Of a DNA stretch of 64,000 nucleotides, positions 58,466-64,000 are shown one piece after another (position 1 is the stretch's first letter; every line of letters begins with the position of its first letter). Location of the stretch: assembly GCA_963765895.1 (NCBI GenBank), contig CAVXZB010000019.1:1-64000 (forward strand). Reading direction: 5' to 3'. A model generated the notes under the pieces. The model ran no database searches. It saw nothing but the letters and a program-made list of their open reading frames with translations, and was not told the DNA's origin. The position numbers and the translations under genes were made by a program. The stretch comes from an uncultured Nitrososphaeraceae archaeon (GTDB lineage: Archaea > Thermoproteota > Nitrososphaeria > Nitrososphaerales > Nitrososphaeraceae).

Positions 58466-58999
58466 CTAGATATGCCATTCTAATTCATGTTCTTTTCTTT
58501 CTTTAACGTCATCAAAATCTAGGTTACAATAATGACATTTCAGACATGTTACTAACCTAAGAGGATAGTCTATGTTTCTTTGAATGCTCCTAGCTTCTTC
58601 GAATTCCTCTTCAACCATTCTTCTTGAAGATGATTGATAAACAGTATGATAAGTTATTGGTTTATTTTTCTCCAAATATTCTTCTTGTGGCTGATAATGT
58701 AATGCTTCCTTGTACCGCTTAATTAAATGTCTTAGAGTGTAGTTCCAACCTTGCTTAAAATCTCCCACATGATAAGATTCTGCCACAATATGGGTATACC
58801 TTGTATTGGGATCTGTTTTTGCAAGGAATAATAATTCTTCTGGCTTAATGACACCTGCAGAATCAAGTATAGGTAAACAAAGAGCAAATTCTGTTTCATA
58901 TACGTTAGACCAAAGCTGTATTTTTTGGTTTTGCAATTCTTCTTCCTTATTGTCATTAACTTGGAAACCTAATGATTTTCCATCTGTTATCATTGTCAT
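58466..58999 (-). CDS. Hypothetical protein with a C-terminal C2H2 finger
   Basis: KCHYC..EHELEWH. Confidence 0.6.
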   Translation of the reverse strand: MTMITDGKSLGFQVNDNKEEELQNQKIQLWSNVYETEFALCLPILDSAGVIKPEELLFLAKTDPNTRYTHIVAESYHVGDFKQGWNYTLRHLIKRYKEALHYQPQEEYLEKNKPITYHTVYQSSSRRMVEEEFEEARSIQRNIDYPLRLVTCLKCHYCNLDFDDVKERKEHELEWHI

Positions 59000-59624
59000 C
59001 TATTATACCTTTATCCCTCTAAAATATCAACAAACGTCGGTAAAGATGAAGCTACAATTGAACCTCCAGCAACGATTATGAATTTTGAGTTATTAGTCAT
59101 CTATCAGTATAGGCATCCTACCTTAATAACCTAATGTTAAACTCGTTATATGCAATACCCATCTGCCAGATTATCTCATTTTATCATTGTTCTCAGGCCA
59201 TGTATCAGAGTCTGCTACTAGCTTCGTATTATTTTTTCTTACATCTTTGTTTGATTTGAAGCTGAAAGCGGGGAAGATTTATTCTGCCTTTTTCTGCAGA
59301 TTCACAATCAATCTTTAACCACTTGGCCTTCCAAATTCCCATGCTGAGAAGAATTTTGGGTGTGACCTCAATTATAACACGAACCTTGTAATTTCTCATT
59401 TTTACAGCCAATAACTGCCTCACAAATCTGAAATGTACTGTTTTACCTCATCCACGCACCTTCATCTTCTAATCCTTGTACGTTTTCATATTCTCTATCA
59501 GAACTAATTGCATCAGTCAATATTGGTTGTGACTAGAATATATTCATATAGACATATCTTTGAACGAGGCCAAACAGAAATCCAGATACTGTACAAATTA
59601 TGTATTGTTCGTTAGAATATGCAA

Positions 59625-59840
59625 TTATTCAAGCGCCATAAATTCTTGATTTTGTACAGTTTTACTCCGGGTACTGGGGACTCCCAGCCTTTCTGTAGTC
59701 ATTCTTTGAAATGTATATGTGATTCTGTGGTCAATTTTCAAATGGCTCAGAAAAGCCATCCCATCATTAACTATATCTTTAACTATTAATCCTCGTCCAC
59801 AAATACTACACTTAATAACGTGTTCATCCTTATCTACCAT
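59625..59840 (-). CDS. Small C2H2 Zn-finger protein
   Basis: KCSIC..SHLKIDH. Confidence 0.55.
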   Translation of the reverse strand: MVDKDEHVIKCSICGRGLIVKDIVNDGMAFLSHLKIDHRITYTFQRMTTERLGVPSTRSKTVQNQEFMALE

Positions 59841-59916
59841 ATTATAACCATAGACGGCAAACTATTTGTATAGTACTCTGCAATTGGTTGGCTTTTTACC
59901 TATAAGATAAGAACTA

Positions 59917-60210
59917 TTATTGTAATTTGATTATCTCGTCCCAAGTCCCAGTTATCGACAACATATAATATTTACCTGTATTACCAGATTCAAATTGTAT
60001 GATATCTCCTGACAATATTTGAATTCGAAATAATCTGTTTAAGAACTGCAAGAAGCTAGGCCCTGCCACAATGCTTTTTGCTTCTTTTTCAAGGGGTTTA
60101 CTGTAGTACTTTAGCAGTGCGTCACTTAATCCCAAACGACTTATTTCTTCAGCCAAATCAGACTGATCAATAAAAGTCGAATTTCTCTTGTAAACTCGAA
60201 GCGTTGCCAT
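59917..60210 (-). CDS. Conserved-looking thaumarchaeal hypothetical protein
   Basis: Clean 97 aa ATG ORF. Confidence 0.6.
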   Translation of the reverse strand: MATLRVYKRNSTFIDQSDLAEEISRLGLSDALLKYYSKPLEKEAKSIVAGPSFLQFLNRLFRIQILSGDIIQFESGNTGKYYMLSITGTWDEIIKLQ

Positions 60211-60600
60211 TACGGTGTATTTGTCTGTTCATTCTCATTTATAATCTTATTTGGGTCAATATGGTAAAGTACCGTACTAACCTGTAATAACAATAACATG
60301 GATAATATTTATGTTATCAGAGGAAATACCTGTAGAAATAACAACAAATTTTGGTCTAGTTAATGCGTACGAACTGACCAGAAATATTTAACTGGTATTT
60401 GTAAAAAAATAGAATTTTCAGAAAGATATCCTAGCATGAGGGCTAAGAGATAAAAGGAAGGGGTTTTTGGGAAAAGTGACTAAGACAAATTGAGATGTAG
60501 CAGGCGGCATCCAGAACCTTGGGAAGAGTACACTTATATCTGTATAAGTATATTATATGAATATGCGTGGTAATAACTTTTGATTCAGAATAGTTTTCCA

Positions 60601-60912
60601 ATGATGGAGTGGCATGTGAAACATTTGGAAAAGGTAGTTTTGAAATTTGTAACAGGACTAGCAGAAAATGCAACCTCTTGGGAAAAAAGAATGAATAAAC
60701 GTTATGGTAGAATAAATAATGTTGCTAGACAAATAAACTATGACATAAAACAAGGTGCTACTTATGATCAAGTTCTCTTGCTTTTACAAAGAATCCGGAA
60801 TGATTCCTCCTTTTCTAGTCTTCGAGATAATAATGGTTCTTTAGAAAGATTAGGTGAGTTAGAGAAACACTTTCAGCAGCAACCCCTAGAGAGAACGAAG
60901 TGGTGGTATTAA
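60601..60912 (+). CDS. Conserved-looking thaumarchaeal hypothetical protein
   Basis: MMEWHVKHLEK..QINYDIKQG; clean ORF. Confidence 0.65.
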   Translation: MMEWHVKHLEKVVLKFVTGLAENATSWEKRMNKRYGRINNVARQINYDIKQGATYDQVLLLLQRIRNDSSFSSLRDNNGSLERLGELEKHFQQQPLERTKWWY

Positions 60913-61179
60913 TCTCTTGGCCTCCACATGAGAGATAAATCTTTAGGGATAGGATTATAGATTAAATTGATGGCAATAGAAGAGGCCCTGATACTTATCA
61001 TATTACCATATATTGAATCATAATCAAGTAGTTGGTTAATTGGCTTTAAATTGTAAATTGTACCAATTGTGAATATTTCGATCGAAAAATTATTGTTAAG
61101 TTAACAGGACCTTTAATACGGTGATTACATTTATATATAGATAAGTATTACATACTTATGTGGATGATGGATAAATAAA

Positions 61180-61356
61180 ATGCCAATGCTTATGTTAAAA
61201 TGCAAAACTTGTGGTGAAGTATTTCCGGGGTTATACGTTCCTGAACGAAGTACTGATGATTTTAAGTCAACTTCTACGAATGCAAATCCTTCACATACGT
61301 GCTCAAGAAAACACACAAATGAATACGATACGATAGATTATATGGACTGGTCTTGA
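61180..61356 (+). CDS. Small Zn-ribbon protein (58 aa, not in the ORF track)
   Basis: MPMLMLKCKTCGEVFPGLY..HTCSRKHTNEY..DWS*. Confidence 0.6.
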   Translation: MPMLMLKCKTCGEVFPGLYVPERSTDDFKSTSTNANPSHTCSRKHTNEYDTIDYMDWS

Positions 61357-61363
61357 GCGCAAT

Positions 61364-62562
<1,199 letters not shown>

Positions 62563-63056
62563 CTAATCGCCATATGATCCGATGCCATCCCATCAATTCA
62601 ACATTAAGATAGTTTTGGATTTCATAACGATACACTTATATCAACATCAGTATATAATACAGATATGTCTATAAATCATGTATCTAAGGATTGGAGATTG
62701 CTCCACAGCGATTATCCGCTAAAGGAGATTATTTTATGAATACCAAGGTAATGAACAAGGAAAATGATTATGGGAACATGAAGTTAGTTGTAAAATTACA
62801 TGATATATGAAAGGATGTAAAGTTTTACGTATCATAATGAAAAAAGCCAACCAAGAAATCACAGTCAATAACAAGGTTTGACTCTGCAGTGCTTGTCAAG
62901 ACAAAACAAAAAATTGGGTCTTATTGTAGGGATCACCAATATTATGTTACTGCAATGCTTGATATGCTATTGAAGATCATGAGAAGGTGTTGAAATAATA
63001 ATAATAATAAGATTGGATTGGTTTATGAAGAGTAGTAAGGCAGAATAATAATAATA

Positions 63057-63194
63057 ATGTCAAAACAGAATAGGAAAATAGGCTCGATGACATTTGAATA
63101 TACCGTAAAAAAATGTGGTACTTCATCGCATGTTATTCTTCCTGCTTCAATGGTAGGAAAGAGAGTCAAGATAACAGTTGAAACATGTGATTAG
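63057..63194 (+). CDS. DUF2080/AbrB-like small protein (45 aa)
   Basis: TVKKCGTSSHVILPASMVGKRVKITV. Confidence 0.55.
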   Translation: MSKQNRKIGSMTFEYTVKKCGTSSHVILPASMVGKRVKITVETCD

Positions 63195-63522
63195 TAATAC
63201 CTTCTTATCAAATAGTAGTAAATTAAAGCCTAGATGTAGTACTTTATATGCAAAGACTTCCAACAACATCAATCATAAGCTTTCGTAAGTAGTTGATTTT
63301 CCTAGAACAGATCCCCAAGTATAGACACTATTCAAGATATCGGAAATATCTAAAGAGCCACCACTAAGGAATAGAAATCAACTAATAGGTACGAACAATT
63401 GATATAGCATGATTGTATATAATGTGTTGTTGGCACACACAGATCCATTATTTTGTTATCGATATTTAATTGTGAATGTATATTGTCCCCAAACTAACCC
63501 ATGGAGGATGTTCTTAAAATAG

Positions 63523-63906
63523 ATGACACTCTGCGAAAGATGTAAGAAAAATGAAGAATACCATAATTGTTCTACTTGTGGCCAACATCTGTGCATAAGC
63601 TGTTTTAATACAGTTCATTTTGGTATAAATGCTGCGAGATCTGGTAAATCAATGGTATACAACAAATGTATCTTTTGTTGTGAAGTTTATGCAACCAATG
63701 CAAAAAGTAGCGTTTGCGATAAATGCACTATTATACTAGCTTGGAAGTCAGGGATGGATTGTCTTGCTGCAGTAAACCGGCTCTCTGATTTATTAAGAAC
63801 AAACAAACTGGATTCTAATTTCAAAAATGAAAATTATTGCAAAGAACGATTCGGCATGCATGCCACCCAAGTTATAATGGATGCAATCGATTCCTCAAGG
63901 AGATGA
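63523..63906 (+). CDS. Cys-rich Zn-finger (B-box-like) protein
   Basis: CERC..CSTC..LCISCF..H, CIFC..CDKC. Confidence 0.55.
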   Translation: MTLCERCKKNEEYHNCSTCGQHLCISCFNTVHFGINAARSGKSMVYNKCIFCCEVYATNAKSSVCDKCTIILAWKSGMDCLAAVNRLSDLLRTNKLDSNFKNENYCKERFGMHATQVIMDAIDSSRR

Positions 63907-64000
63907 TAAAAATCAATCCCAGTCATTGCGATGCAGAAGGACTTTCAGATAGGATAAGCGATAGAAGTGTGTTATTCCTTTTGTATCACGTGAGTCTATC

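Overview
Low-GC (about 35% by eye), gene-sparse archaeal DNA. Gene families and style point to a soil ammonia-oxidising archaeon (Nitrososphaeraceae-like); this is inference. Most of the window (~1-58 kb) is a decayed accessory island with many frameshifted or stop-interrupted genes. Cargo includes secreted Cys-rich paralogs, a Gly/Ala silk-like protein, an S8 protease, a dual-specificity phosphatase, PhoD, a KAP NTPase, Zn-finger and PIN proteins, MsrA, Ku, a GC-rich LLM oxidoreductase, two IS5-type elements, a YVTN propeller, SnoaL, an MBL hydrolase, Lrp and a receiver protein. Core-like genes (hflX) appear near the right end. The main hidden signal is at least 9 co-oriented att-like sites. 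Each has a tRNA-3'-end-like core with one or both of ~26-bp inverted-repeat arms of three sequence classes, sometimes mixed. Five are followed directly by N-terminal stubs of tyrosine integrases, so the region reads as an integron-like serial gene-capture array. Other notable items are a stand-alone copy of the protease prodomain facing its S8 protease, module shuffling among secreted paralogs, and two highly base-paired intergenic segments. Long homopolymer and microsatellite tracts and homopolymer frameshifts suggest some assembly or sequencing error. No intact tRNA, rRNA or CRISPR array was seen.
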